From Eledone cirrhosa (lineage: Eukaryota): a stretch of DNA of 64,000 nucleotides. The DNA is taken from the NCBI GenBank assembly GCA_964016885.1, contig OZ024742.1:16988001-17052000 (forward strand), given 5' to 3'. Of the stretch, positions 18,045 to 30,346 are shown piece after piece. The position numbers and the translations under genes were made by a program. A model generated the notes under the pieces. That model searched no databases and was not told where the DNA came from. It worked only from the letters and a program-made list of their open reading frames with translations. Positions within the stretch are counted from its first letter, which is position 1, and each line of letters begins with the position of its first letter.

Positions 18045-18182
18045 AACATACCTCCCCTGACAGAAACACACATAAGTAACACACACACACACACACACAG
18101 GAACATACCTCCCCTGACAGAAACACACATATGTCACACACACACACACAGGAACATACCTCCCCTGACAGAAACACACATA

Positions 18183-18219
<37 letters not shown>

Positions 18220-18357
18220 AACATACCTCCCCTGACAGAAACACACATAAGTAACACACACACACACACACACAGGAACATACCTCCCCTGACAGAAACA
18301 CACATATGTCACACACACACACACAGGAACATACCTCCCCAGACAGAAACACACATA

Positions 18358-18394
<37 letters not shown>

Positions 18395-18644
18395 AACATA
18401 CCTCCCCTGACAGAAACACACATATGTCACACACACACACACAGGAACATACCTCCCCTGACAGAAACACACATAAGTAACACACACACACACACACACA
18501 CAGGAACATACCTCCCCAGACAGAGACACACATAAGTCATACACACACACACACACTGGAACATACCTCCCCTGACAGAAACACACATATCTCACACACA
18601 CACACACACACAGGAACATACCTCCCCTGACAGAAACACACATA

Positions 18645-18681
<37 letters not shown>

Positions 18682-19163
18682 AACATACCTCCCCTGACAG
18701 AAACACACATATGTCACACACACACACACAGGAACATACCTCCCCTGACAGAAACACACATAAGTAACACACACACACACACACAGGAACATACCTCCCC
18801 AGACAGAGACACACATATGTCACACACACACACACACACACACACACAGGAACATACCTCCCCAGACAGAGACACACATATGTCACACACACACACACAC
18901 ACACACCCACAGGAACATACCTCCCCTGACAGAAACACACATATGTCACACACACACACACAGGAACATACCTCCCCTGACAGAAACACACATAAGTAAC
19001 ACACACACACACACACACACAGGAACATACCTCCCCAGACAGAGACACACATAAGTCATACACACACACACACACTGGAACATACCTCCCCTGACAGAAA
19101 CACACATATCTCACACACACACACACACACAGGAACATACCTCCCCTGACAGAAACACACATA

Positions 19164-19200
<37 letters not shown>

Positions 19201-19464
19201 AACATACCTCCCCTGACAGAAACACACATATGTCACACACACACACACAGGAACATACCTCCCCTGACAGAAACACACATAAGTAACACACACACACACA
19301 CACAGGAACATACCTCCCCAGACAGAGACACACATATGTCACACACACACACACACACACACACACAGGAACATACCTCCCCAGACAGAGACACACATAT
19401 GTCACACACACACACACACACACACCCACAGGAACATACCTCCCCAGACAGAGACACACATATG

Positions 19465-19497
<33 letters not shown>

Positions 19498-19857
19498 AAC
19501 ATACCTCCCCAGACAGAGACACACATAAGTCACACACACACACACACCCACAGGAACATACCTCCCCAGACAGAGACACACATATGTCACACACACGCAC
19601 ACAGGAACATACCTCCCCAGAAAGAGACACACATAAGTCACACACACACACACAGGAACATACCTCCCCAGACAGAGACAGACATAAGTCATACACACAC
19701 ACACACACACACACAGGAACATACCTCCCCAGACAGAGACACACATAAGTCACACACACACACACACCCACAGGAACATACCTCCCCAGACAGAGACACA
19801 CATATGTCACACACACGCACACAGGAACATACCTCCCCAGAAAGAGACACACATAAG

Positions 19858-19907
<50 letters not shown>

Positions 19908-21147
19908 ACATACCTCCCCATCAGAGACACACATAAGTTACACACACACACACACACACAGGAACATACCTCCCCAGACAGAGACACACATAAGTTACAC
20001 ACACACACACAGGTACATACCTCCCCAGACAGAGACACACATAAGTTACACACACACACACACACACACACACAGGGACGTACCTCCCCAGACAGAGACA
20101 CACATATGTCTCACACACACACACACACACTCACAGGAACATACCTCCCCAGACAGAGACACACATAAGTTACACACACACACACACACACACACACAGG
20201 GACGTACCTCCCCAGACAGAGACACACATATGTCTCACACACACACACACACACTCACAGGAACATACCTCCCCAGACAGAGACACACATAAGTTACACA
20301 CACACACACACACACACACACAGGAACATACCTCCCCAGACAGAGACACACATAAGTCACACACACACACACACACAGGAACATACCTCCCCAGACAGAG
20401 ACACACATAAGTCATATATACACACACACACACACACAGGAACATACCTCCCCAGACAGAGACACACATATGTCACACACACACACACACAGGGACATAC
20501 CTCCCCAGACAGAGACACACATATGTCTCACACACACACACACACACACAGGAACATACCTCCCCAGACAGAGACACACATAAGTCACACACACACAGGG
20601 ACATACCTCCCCAGACAGAGACACACATATGTCTCACACACACACACACACACACAGGAACATACCTCCCCAGACAGAGACACACATAAGTCACACACAC
20701 ACACACAGGAACATACCTCCCCAGACAGAGACACGCATAAGTCACACACACACACACACACACAGGAACATACCTCCCCAGACAGAGACACACATAAGTC
20801 ACACACACACACACACACACAGGAACATACCTCCCCAGACAGAGACACACATATGTCACACACACACACACACACACAGGAACATACCTCTCCAGACAGA
20901 GACACACATAAGTCATACACACACACACACACACACAGGAACATACCTCTCCAGACAGAGACACACATAAGTCACACACACACACAGGAACATACCTCCC
21001 CAGACAGAGACACACATAAGTCATACACACACACACACACAGGAACATACCTCCCCAGACAGAGACACACATATGTCACACACACACACACAGGAACATA
21101 CCTCCCCAGACAGACACACACATAAGTCATACACACATACACACACA
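5263..21147. repeat. ~15.9-kb compound minisatellite: GGAACATACCTCCCCAGACAGAGACACACATA(A/T)GT + (CA)n, roughly 280 units
   Basis: Directly visible 35-bp core repeated head-to-tail, separated by variable-length CA tracts (unit ~50-75 bp). Copy number estimated from length. Confidence 0.98.
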
Positions 21148-21149
21148 TA

Positions 21150-21355
21150 TACATAACAAAGAAAACAACACAATGACATTATATATTAAATAAAGAATCT
21201 CACGTTTAGGACACTAGTCCTTCTTCAGAAAATAGAATGAGAAATAACAGATGTAATAGAATGAGAGAGAATGAGAAGTGGAAGAAAAGGAAAAGTTGGG
21301 GTGGGATCATGACTGACAAATGGGAAAAATATGTATTTATAAATGTTTTTACTTT
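21150..21355 (-). mobile_element. Penelope-type tail fragment with degenerate hammerhead
   Basis: Minus strand reads CTGAAGA-a-GGAC-tagt-GTCC-TAAAC-gtg (~21200-21229). Homologous to the plus-strand stretch ~1320-1380. Confidence 0.5.
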
Positions 21356-22064
21356 TTGTTATATTTTTCTCATATTTTTCTCATATTTTTCTCATATTTT
21401 CCTAATAAGTTCTTTGCAGCTCTTTCCTGGACTTTCAGTCCCATTATCGGGACTAGCAGAAAAACCACTCTTCGGGTGGTTTTCTGCTAGCATGTGTAGT
21501 GTGCATATTGATATTATACGCAAGTATGTATGTATGTAGATATGATACATCAAATAGAATCGTAATTGACAATATACACAGAAATTGAAGAGAATCTGTG
21601 TTACATTATCTTATGTAATCAGTAACGTAATCTATGATACATTAAAAAAAGACGATATTATATATAAACTGAATTAGGAAAAAGATTAGCGACGGAAATA
21701 TATGAATGTTTATTTAAGCAATCGCTAACCGGAAGTGTTGACTTTTGAAAATTTTAAAGAAGTGAATCTTAAAATAAGCAACAAAATTATTTATCAAGAA
21801 TAACGAAATTTAGTAGATAAATTATGTAATACTCATTCGTTATTTATTGAAAGTAATCCAACTTATTTTACAAACGGGATAAAAAAAATATATTCTGGTC
21901 GCAATCCCGCACTCCTTTCTTTATTATAGTTAAAATGTGAAATGTTGAATTATCTTCATTACCTCTTTATTCTATGCAAATGTTTTACATATTTTATGCA
22001 GATCGAGCTTCAAATTGATATAATAGATATCTATATATACTTGTTTTGTAAGGATTTTGATAAG

Positions 22065-22350
22065 GTTAAATAAAAATGGCGTAGTCATTACAATACAAGG
22101 GAAGGAAACATAATAGTACCACTGATGATGTCACAGATGTGTGACGAAAGAACTTTGATAGACTATATATATATATTTATATTAGTATTTTTAACAGTTG
22201 GTCAATCAATGATAAATATTGATGGCCAGATAAATTAACTATGGAGATATAAAAGATACAGAAGCGAAAACCAACCAAACAGTGAGTGTGTTCTGTTATT
22301 ATTTCTGGCAATATTATAACAATATGACTCTCCCCAAATATAACAATATA
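22065..22350 (+). mobile_element. Penelope 3'/pLTR fragment with hammerhead motif
   Basis: CTGATGA-t-GTCACA-gatg-TGTGAC-GAAA at 22122-22149. Downstream sequence resembles 3150-3220. Ends in a TA tract. Confidence 0.65.
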
Positions 22351-22686
22351 TATACTTGTATATATATATATATATATATATTTGATAAAAAGGGAAAAGA
22401 ATGACTTCACTTGTAGATCTAAACAATTTGATTTGGTTTGATAATATAATATTATGAGTTGGTAGATCTAGTAAGTTCTTTGTTAATTTCGGTGGGAAGA
22501 TGTTTAAAGATTCCTCGTTAACTTTCCTGGAGAACTTTCTCGCATTCGTCGGTGGCGGTTGTCAAACGATCTCAGTTTGACAATTCTTTTCCCTTCTTTT
22601 CCCTTTTTTTCAAATATACCTAACTGTTCCAAGGATCTCACACATTTTCCAATATATATATATATATATATGCTTCGTAGAATCGA

Positions 22687-22781
22687 GACATGTCTGAGGA
22701 TCTTGCGATTTCAGAGTCAGGTTTGATCATCGCATCGATCGTGCGTCGAGCTGGTCGCCAGAGAAACGATTGTAATATGTC
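22687..22781 (+). ncRNA. Type I hammerhead ribozyme with intact core and extended loop II, in a ~160-bp element between TA tracts
   Basis: Stem I GACATGT/ATATGTC (7 bp, one G-U), CTGAGGA 22694-22700, stem II TCT.GCGA/TCGC.AGA, GAAAC-gatt-GTA (predicted cleavage after 22774). Confidence 0.8.
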
Positions 22782-22824
22782 AAATAAATCTTATTCGTCG
22801 CACCACTGATACTCTGTTTCTTAT

Positions 22825-22880
<56 letters not shown>

Positions 22881-23269
22881 TAGAAGTGGTATTTAATTTG
22901 TTGGTAGTCCGACAAACATAAATGTTTATAACTGATTTAGAGCATCTCTTTCTCCAGTGTCATTTAAATAAACGGTTGTTTTTCAATTATTTACATATTC
23001 ATTTGCATATTCACACATAAGTTTGAATAATCCCTAATATATTTCCACTATCCAGTGAATTTCCAACCGATAAGGTATGATTTTCATGGGTATGTCTCTA
23101 TTCATGAAACAAACTTTGTATTTTATCTGATGAAAGCGTACCAATGTTGTCTTGGTACCCTTGAAATATATATAATAAAATAAATATGGTTTTATAAATA
23201 TAGTTTCCATTTATTTAATATCATTGTATATATATATATATATATATTATACACACCGACCCAAAATTG

Positions 23270-23400
23270 GTCTTTGACTGGCACTCTATTTTATCAATCA
23301 CTGTAGATTAAAAAGCAAACTGAATTCGGTAGAATTTGAACTGAGAACATTAAGTACCGTGGTAAATAGCCCAATGTGTATGACACTCTATCGATTGTGG
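23270..23400 (-). mobile_element. Degraded SINE copy (same family as 3865-4035)
   Basis: actggcactctattttatc...aaagcaaact...atttgaactgaga matches the reverse complement of the SINE core. Confidence 0.5.
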
Positions 23401-23879
23401 TAACCTACTTGTAAATATTTAACAGTGTCTTTTATTATTTTCCTTGTTCTTTTTTACTTTAATATATCTGTTAGTTCTGCTCGTCCTTTGAAGTTTTATT
23501 GTTTGTTCTGGCATATAGCCCGAAGGTGCCAGACATTCAATGCCTTGGTAAATGTCCCTTATGTCATTGCAAACAACTCCCTTGATTGTTAATGTAAAAC
23601 GGCTTTCATATTAACAAGAGACTAATACATAATATAGATTCAGCGTTTATTTATTTATTTTCCTGTATTTATTTGTTTGTATGTTTATCATTCCACCTCC
23701 ACAATGTTGGCTTCTTGCCTGTATACTATATTTATGGTTTATATAACTCTTCCGGGCAACGTCCTCTTCTTTTATGCGTAGAAAGCATTATTTCTTCCAA
23801 GTGATGTAACAACCTGGTTTAGTGTTCATATGATTAGATTTTGTTATTATATTATACAGCGGTTACATTTTGTGCATCA

Positions 23880-24280
23880 TCTATATATATAAAACTGATG
23901 TTGTCTCTCTCTGTGTGTGTGTGTGTCCTCATTTTTGCAAAGTCTATACAAATCGACATTTCTACTCCGATTGACTTCAAACTTGCATTTATATATTCCT
24001 TGCGGTCTAAAGATATTAACTGCAGCTTTAATTTTTCAATTTTCTGTTGTTAAAGGGGTGTTAGGCGGCGGTTATCCATCTCCGTAGCGCTCTTATAATA
24101 TCTGTCTGCATGCCTAGCTGTCTGCATTACGACATTCTGACGAACATCGATGACGTTTTATGTTCGCTATTATCCCTTCATTGCCAGGGAACGTCTTCAC
24201 GAACCAGAGTATCGTCTCCCTGTTTTCCTTCGGTTGCAACGTTTTTCAAAATATTTACTTCTGCGTTCACAGATTGATGT
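23880..24280 (+). mobile_element. Non-autonomous Helitron-like 5' fragment
   Basis: TCTATATATATAAAACTGA start, short microsatellite and ccgattgacttcaaactt motif shared with the other Helitron-like elements here. Confidence 0.45.
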
Positions 24281-24352
24281 TTTTAGTTTCAGAAGATCCC
24301 GTTAAGGGTGAAAGCAACGATTCTTTGCTTAAACTTTAATCTGTAATTTTAA

Positions 24353-24406
24353 TCTATATATGTGTATATATATAAAACTGAGGAAGGATGTATGTATGTA
24401 TGAATG

Positions 24407-24477
<71 letters not shown>

Positions 24478-25035
24478 TCCGAGAAGTACCCAACCGATCT
24501 TTTTCAAACTTTACATGTGTATTACTTATATTTCAGGGAGTGTTATGCATATGAAAAAAATTCAACTTTTTGATCCCCTAGGATTAGATGAAAAACTGCG
24601 TTTTTTTCCACCTTTTTAGGGGATTTTTGAGGCGTTATGTCAGATTGATTTCCTTGAAATTGTAATTATGTATTAGTTAGTCTCTTCTTCATACCGTAAG
24701 CAAAGAAAATCCAAATTTTTTATGGCCTAGGGTCCGCATTCTTTTCAGCGTTTTAGGGCTCTTTTGAGGCGTTACGTCTAGCCGATTTCCCCGAAATTTC
24801 AAGACATATTATGCACATAAAAAAATTCATTTTCTTGATCCCCTAGGGCTCGCATTAGGTGAAAACCTGCCTTTTTCCTCCTTCATCGAGGAAAATCTTA
24901 GATTATCCAGCCATCAAGCATACGGTTTATTTTTTTTACATATTGTCCAGGCATGCAGTTTTTCCACGATTAGGTCTGTTGGCGGCCCGCGTTCCAAAAT
25001 ACCTTATCCCGTGCAACGCCGGGTACCAGTGCTAA
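24353..25035 (+). mobile_element. Non-autonomous Helitron
   Basis: 5' TC(TA)n AAAACTGA, and 3' subterminal hairpin CCCGtgcaacgcCGGG followed by CTAA (CTRR). Confidence 0.7.
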
Positions 25036-25090
25036 TACACACTAAACTACACACTCTGTGTCTCTGTCTGTCTGTCTCTCTCTCTCACTC

Positions 25091-25123
<33 letters not shown>

Positions 25124-26360
25124 CTTTCTCTATTCCTCTCTCCTCATCTATCTATCTATCCATCTTTCCCTATCTCCCCCTCCTCTCTCTCTATCACACA
25201 CACACATATATGTATGTTTTTATATATATATGTAAACGTTTCTTTAAAAAATGATCACACGGAAATGAAGACAAGTTACTGAATATGTGTGTGTGCGTTT
25301 ATGTGTGTGTACGTTGTGTGTGCATGTGTGTGTGCATCTGTGTGTTTATGTCCATGTGTGTGTATGTGTGTGCGTATCACTGTTTGACAGACCGTTGAGT
25401 AAGGCATAGAAATCCACCATTTTTAGTCTGTTACCCCTCGTCAACTATTTGGAATACGATAGCAGAAGATCACTGGTTGTGGTTCATCAGAGATCATATG
25501 TCAATGTTACCAGTTGCCCTTCTGTTAATCAAACGGCTTTCGTATTTTAATGGTTTAGCATACACTCCTGAGCACTACAAACATATCATTCGTGTTTTCA
25601 CGTTAATGAAATAGTCGATTGACACTCAGGGTGGCAGCATGTATATGCCAATAAATTTCTATATGCGTCTTTTAATCGATTAGCTCCAGTTTTACTCCAT
25701 TATTCTCTTTAGCTACTTCTTTTCTAAAGATAACGGATACTGCTCTAATTATATTCTGTGGAGAGAGCCACCACCTTTTGATGATAATAAACCCCGACAA
25801 TTCCCACTTTAATTTGCTAATTCTGTCCAGATGATCTTACAAGAAACTAGGTCACTCTATATTGGTCCTCTATTCCTTGACTGCACATATAACGATTTTG
25901 TAGTCCGTGTTTCCAACTACAGGAAACCGTCAACAACGTACGCTCACACTATCATCTAACCTGGCTAATTGTCCATGTATGATTTGGATGGTGTGTTGCA
26001 TTTTTTCCAGGTCTACATTGTTACAGTAATGATACTCAGGAGATACCTGTTCGACAGTTAATATACCTGTTTAAGTTTACATATCATTTACACCCGCTCC
26101 TCTGTCGTACACTTCTACGGAATCCCTGCATCATTCCAATATAAAACTATTCTGTGAGTTACCGATGTCTAAGAAATCCACTTGTATATCATCTGTCGAA
26201 AGGTAAACGGCCAATAGTTTCCATCTTGTCCACATCAGAACATCTCATTCATATCTAGGAACTTAGTAGTGACAGAGGATCCCACCCTTCCAAAATTGCA
26301 GTGCCACGCCAATCGATCTGAGCTGACAGAAGAATTCTTAATTCACCTATCCCCCTAGAA

Positions 26361-26746
26361 CAGTGGTTCCCAACCTTTTTTTTTTGCCAACGGCACATCC
26401 TGGAACACATGAAAAAATAAAAGTGGAAAAAAGATGCATGATATAATAATTATTTTTTCTTCCGGGGGGAGGGGGCACCTTAAGACAAGTATTGACCAAT
26501 ATCTATTCATATGATCAATACTAATGACGAACGAAACAATAAAAGATATAGAATTTCTAGTATTGCGACATTTGGAAATATTTCGCTCATCCCTAAATGA
26601 ACAAAGCTATGTGGTGTAACATGTTACACCACAGACTGTGAATACTCAATTGGGATCACGTGGTTTTTCACATTTTCTTAGTGTGCCGTTCAAAATTTCG
26701 CGGCACACTTAGGAAAATCTCGCGGCACACTGGTTGAGAATCACTA
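26361..26746. mobile_element. hAT-family MITE
   Basis: TIRs CAGTGGTTCCCAACC / GGTTGAGAATCACTA. 8-bp TSD CCCTAGAA (26353-26360) / CTCTAGAA (26747-26754). Confidence 0.85.
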
Positions 26747-27336
26747 CTCTAGAAGATCAAACAGATGTGTGTGGAAAGTTCTGGTATTCTTGCTGACTAC
26801 CACTGACTAGGTGCAGTGGTTTGATACTGTTAAGATATGTTCCTGCTTTGCTGATCTCGGATATCATGCATTTAAACAGCACATTCTCACAAGAGAAGTG
26901 GTAAATAGGGAACCCTCTCCCGCTCAAAAATTACAGGAGTCACCACGGTCTATTAAAAATTATTTTTCGACACCCATGAAAGGTACATTACAGCCCTCTT
27001 TTAAATCTCCCATTACACGTAATTTTAAAAAGTAAGAGACTTCTGGGAAAGTCACCAGAAAACCATTTGATGAATTTTGGATGGTTAACGAATCAGGATC
27101 TTTGTTTACATCATGTTTTCTGCCACGTCGGTCTTTCCTCTGTTAGATCACTCATCGCCATTTCTAACAAAATCTTTGCTCAGAGTCTCGCCAATGATGT
27201 TGAAGACAAGACTTTCATTAAAATGTTTTGTTTTCGTTGATCAAAATGTGAGAGTATGTCAGTGTGTGTGCATGAGTATGAATGTGTGTGTGTGTGTGTG
27301 TGTGGTGTTTGAGCGTGTATGTGCATGTGTGTGTGT

Positions 27337-27372
<36 letters not shown>

Positions 27373-27771
27373 GCGTGTGTGTGCGTGTGTGTGTGTGTAT
27401 GTGTGTGTGTGCGTGTGTGTGTGTCTGTACGCACATGTGTGTGTGTTGTTGACGTTACAGCATCAGAATCCTTTCGTCTACAGTACTTCAGACCTGTTCT
27501 GAAATTAATTTATTCCTCTATTCTCTGTTTCCTCTCTGATAGTTATATTTGATGTTTAATATTTTTTGTGAAAGCCCTTCTCTGTAATGTAGCAAAAAAA
27601 ACTATAATATTGGAAGATAATATTGGAAGCTGGCCGACATTACGTAACCTCCCAACTAAAGTCACCCAGCATTTTCAGATAGTTTGTTTTATTGAAACTT
27701 TCCCAAACGATTTACATTTTCTTTAGTTGTGCTTCGTAAAAAAAAAATCAAAATTTGTTCAAGCGAGGTGA

Positions 27772-27795
27772 AGTAGTATTAGCAGCAACAGCAAC

Positions 27796-27852
<57 letters not shown>

Positions 27853-27933
27853 TGGAGTAGTAGTAGTCGTAGTAGTAGTAGTAGTAGTAGCATCAATAGT
27901 AGTAGTAGTAGTAACAGTAGTAGTAGCAGTAAC

Positions 27934-28005
<72 letters not shown>

Positions 28006-28268
28006 TGCAGTAGTAGTAGTAGTAGTTGCAGTAGTAGTAGTAGTAGCAGTAGTAGTTTTAGTAGTAGTGGTATTAGTAGTAGCAGTAGTAGTAGCAGTAG
28101 TAGTAGTAGTAGTAGTAGTAATAGTAGTACTAGTAGTAGTAGCACTAGAAGTAGTAGCAGTAGTAGTAGTAGTAGTAGTAGCAGTAGTAGTAGTAGCAGT
28201 AGTAGCAGTAGTAGTAGTAGTAATAGTAGTAGCAGTAGTAGTAGGAGTAGTAGTAGCAGTAGTAGTAG
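27772..28268. repeat. Imperfect (GTA)n trinucleotide tract, ~500 bp
   Basis: Directly visible; source of the poly-V and poly-L pseudo-ORFs. Confidence 0.97.
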
Positions 28269-28749
28269 GAAACTATAACCGATAGGGAAACGGGATAAAT
28301 AGTATCTTGTTAATTACTTTACTATATCACATCGATTACAAAATACCTTTCAAATATTCGGATTTAAATAAATCATCTGTGACGCCACATGTTGAGACGA
28401 CACATGTGACACATTGTCTACTTCTAACGTAGTCACTTCGGCCACAAACGCCGGTACTGTGGCCCGCAATGTAGAGGAAAGGTAGACAAACAAATACCGT
28501 GGAAAATATGGTCACTTCCTCTTCGCCACCGCCACCATCGAGACATTAGTTGTATTCAGACCCCGTAATACCGAACTCCCTCTAACCCCTTACAGAAAGG
28601 TATAGCCTAACATGAATTTGGAAAATATATGTAAACATATTGATTATAGAGAATAATAAAGTTTAATAATAATAATAATTGTTTCTAGGATAGGCACAAG
28701 GCCAGCAATTACCATCTTATTCCTTCTACCACTTTATCATTTTTTTAGT

Positions 28750-29133
28750 TGACTCCAACACCAACACTACTACCAACATAAGAGTAGAGGTCAGATGTAC
28801 TTAACAATAACGAGAACAACCACTACAGATTGCCTCGCCTCAGAACGAATTTCTATAGACTTTTGACTGAGGAATGTTCCCACAACTGACCACGCTGAAA
28901 ATCGTTTGTTTAAATTCATATGATTCCAGTTCCTCAGTGAAATAACAACCCAACCAGGAACTGGGCATATCAGAGTATTGGCAAAGTTAAACACCTCAAC
29001 AACATGTGTACTCGTCTCTACCACACTAATTCGGACTGCCTGAAGAGGTCACAGCCAAAGATGGCTGTCACCAAAATATATATAGCAGTAATAAACGAAG
29101 CCAAATATTAAACATTTGACTTACTTATTTTAG
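28750..29133 (+). mobile_element. Solo 3' end (pLTR) of the Penelope family at 48.25-51.96 kb, with hammerhead
   Basis: Aligns by eye to ~51335-51735. CTGC-CTGAAGA-GGTcACAGCCA-aaga-TGGCTGTcACC-AAAA-tata-TA-taGCAG at 29036-29088. Ends in a TA tract. Confidence 0.8.
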
Positions 29134-29160
29134 TATATATATATATATATATATATATAT

Positions 29161-29552
29161 CATAGATTGAGTTGGAATCTCAAAATAGTCTTTTACAATT
29201 AAATAGCTCAAAGAAAGGAATCTTTCCGAGCCGTGTAATACAATTGAATATATGAGAGGGATGAACGCAGATATAGTAATACATGTGTTCCAATTGCAAA
29301 TGACCAAGTTGGCTAGGGTGAAAAAATACTAATTTAAAACAATATGGTTTGCCTGACTTGATTTAAAGTAATAAATCAATAAAAAATAACAAACCTATAT
29401 TGGGCAACAGCCTTTATTGATTTATTACTTTAAATCGAGTCAGGCAAACCATATTGTTTTAAATTAGTATTTTTCAACCTAGCTAACTTGGTCATTTATA
29501 ATTGGAACACATGTATACTTGTATCTGTGTTCATCCCTCTCATATATTCAAT

Positions 29553-29553
<1 letters not shown>
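29161..29553. mobile_element. Fold-back element in (TA)n
   Basis: ~140-bp imperfect inverted arms ~29242-29383 / ~29413-29553; TA tracts both sides. Confidence 0.6.
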
Positions 29554-29631
<78 letters not shown>

Positions 29632-29634
<3 letters not shown>

Positions 29635-30242
29635 AATGAAAAATGGCGTGCTGCGTTGTTGCAAATGGAATACATATGAATAAAATTGGGACAGAAAATA
29701 AGGCGTCCGTCATCAGTGATCTTTCAGCCGTCGTTGGTATTTCTTCGCATTAAAGATCATATACCTCTGGCTGGTGCGAGCAATAACTAAAAAAAAGTTA
29801 TTGGGACACGGAGAAGAGGGTGAAGCGAGCGAGACATGTAAACAAACAGAGATGGTAATGCAGCGGAAAGAGAGGAAGAGGAGAAACAAGTCCGTGATAT
29901 CTGTGAACTTAAGTTCGATCAAATCATGGACGAGAGACAGAGACGCGTCCGAGCCACGTGAGATGTAAGCGAGAATGGGAATTCACACAGGTCAGACGGG
30001 AGAAAGTGAGAGAGGGAGATTAGGAGAGAGTGAGTGAGTGAAATTGTGAGGAAGATGCCTGATGAGAGAGAGTGACTGGCAGAGGGGGTGAAATGAAGGT
30101 GAGAGATACAGAGAAAGGGGATAGCGGTAAGAAAGAAACAGACGGGTCACAGCGGAGGGAAAAATATAAATGAAAAATGGCGTGCTGCGTTGTTGCAAAT
30201 GGGGTACATATGAATAAAATTCGAACAGAAGATAAGGCGTCC
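29632..30242 (-). mobile_element. ~610-bp non-coding element with 76-bp terminal direct repeats (partial-tandem pLTR or retrozyme-like)
   Basis: Direct repeats 29633-29708 / 30167-30242. Minus-strand CTGATGA at 29716-29710 abuts the repeat. Related fragments at ~31631-31728 and ~51857-51960. Confidence 0.55.
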
Positions 30243-30346
30243 ACACATATACATGAATTTGTACATATATGAAAATATGTATACACATACGTATACTCAT
30301 ACATACATACATACATACATACATACATACATACATACATACATAC

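Noticed and set aside
5263-21147. CRISPR-like repeat-spacer appearance
   Set aside because: Spacers are only (CA)n, there are no cas genes, and the context is eukaryotic.
5171-21154. Many long Cys/Val- or His/Thr-rich ORFs (up to 655 aa)
   Set aside because: Translations of the minisatellite; variable CA lengths shift frames at random.
25690-27230. Possible host exons in higher-complexity sequence
   Set aside because: No sustained ORF or recognisable motif, and interrupted by a hAT MITE; a homology search would be needed.
27755-28285. Poly-Val and poly-Leu ORFs
   Set aside because: Produced by the (GTA)n microsatellite.
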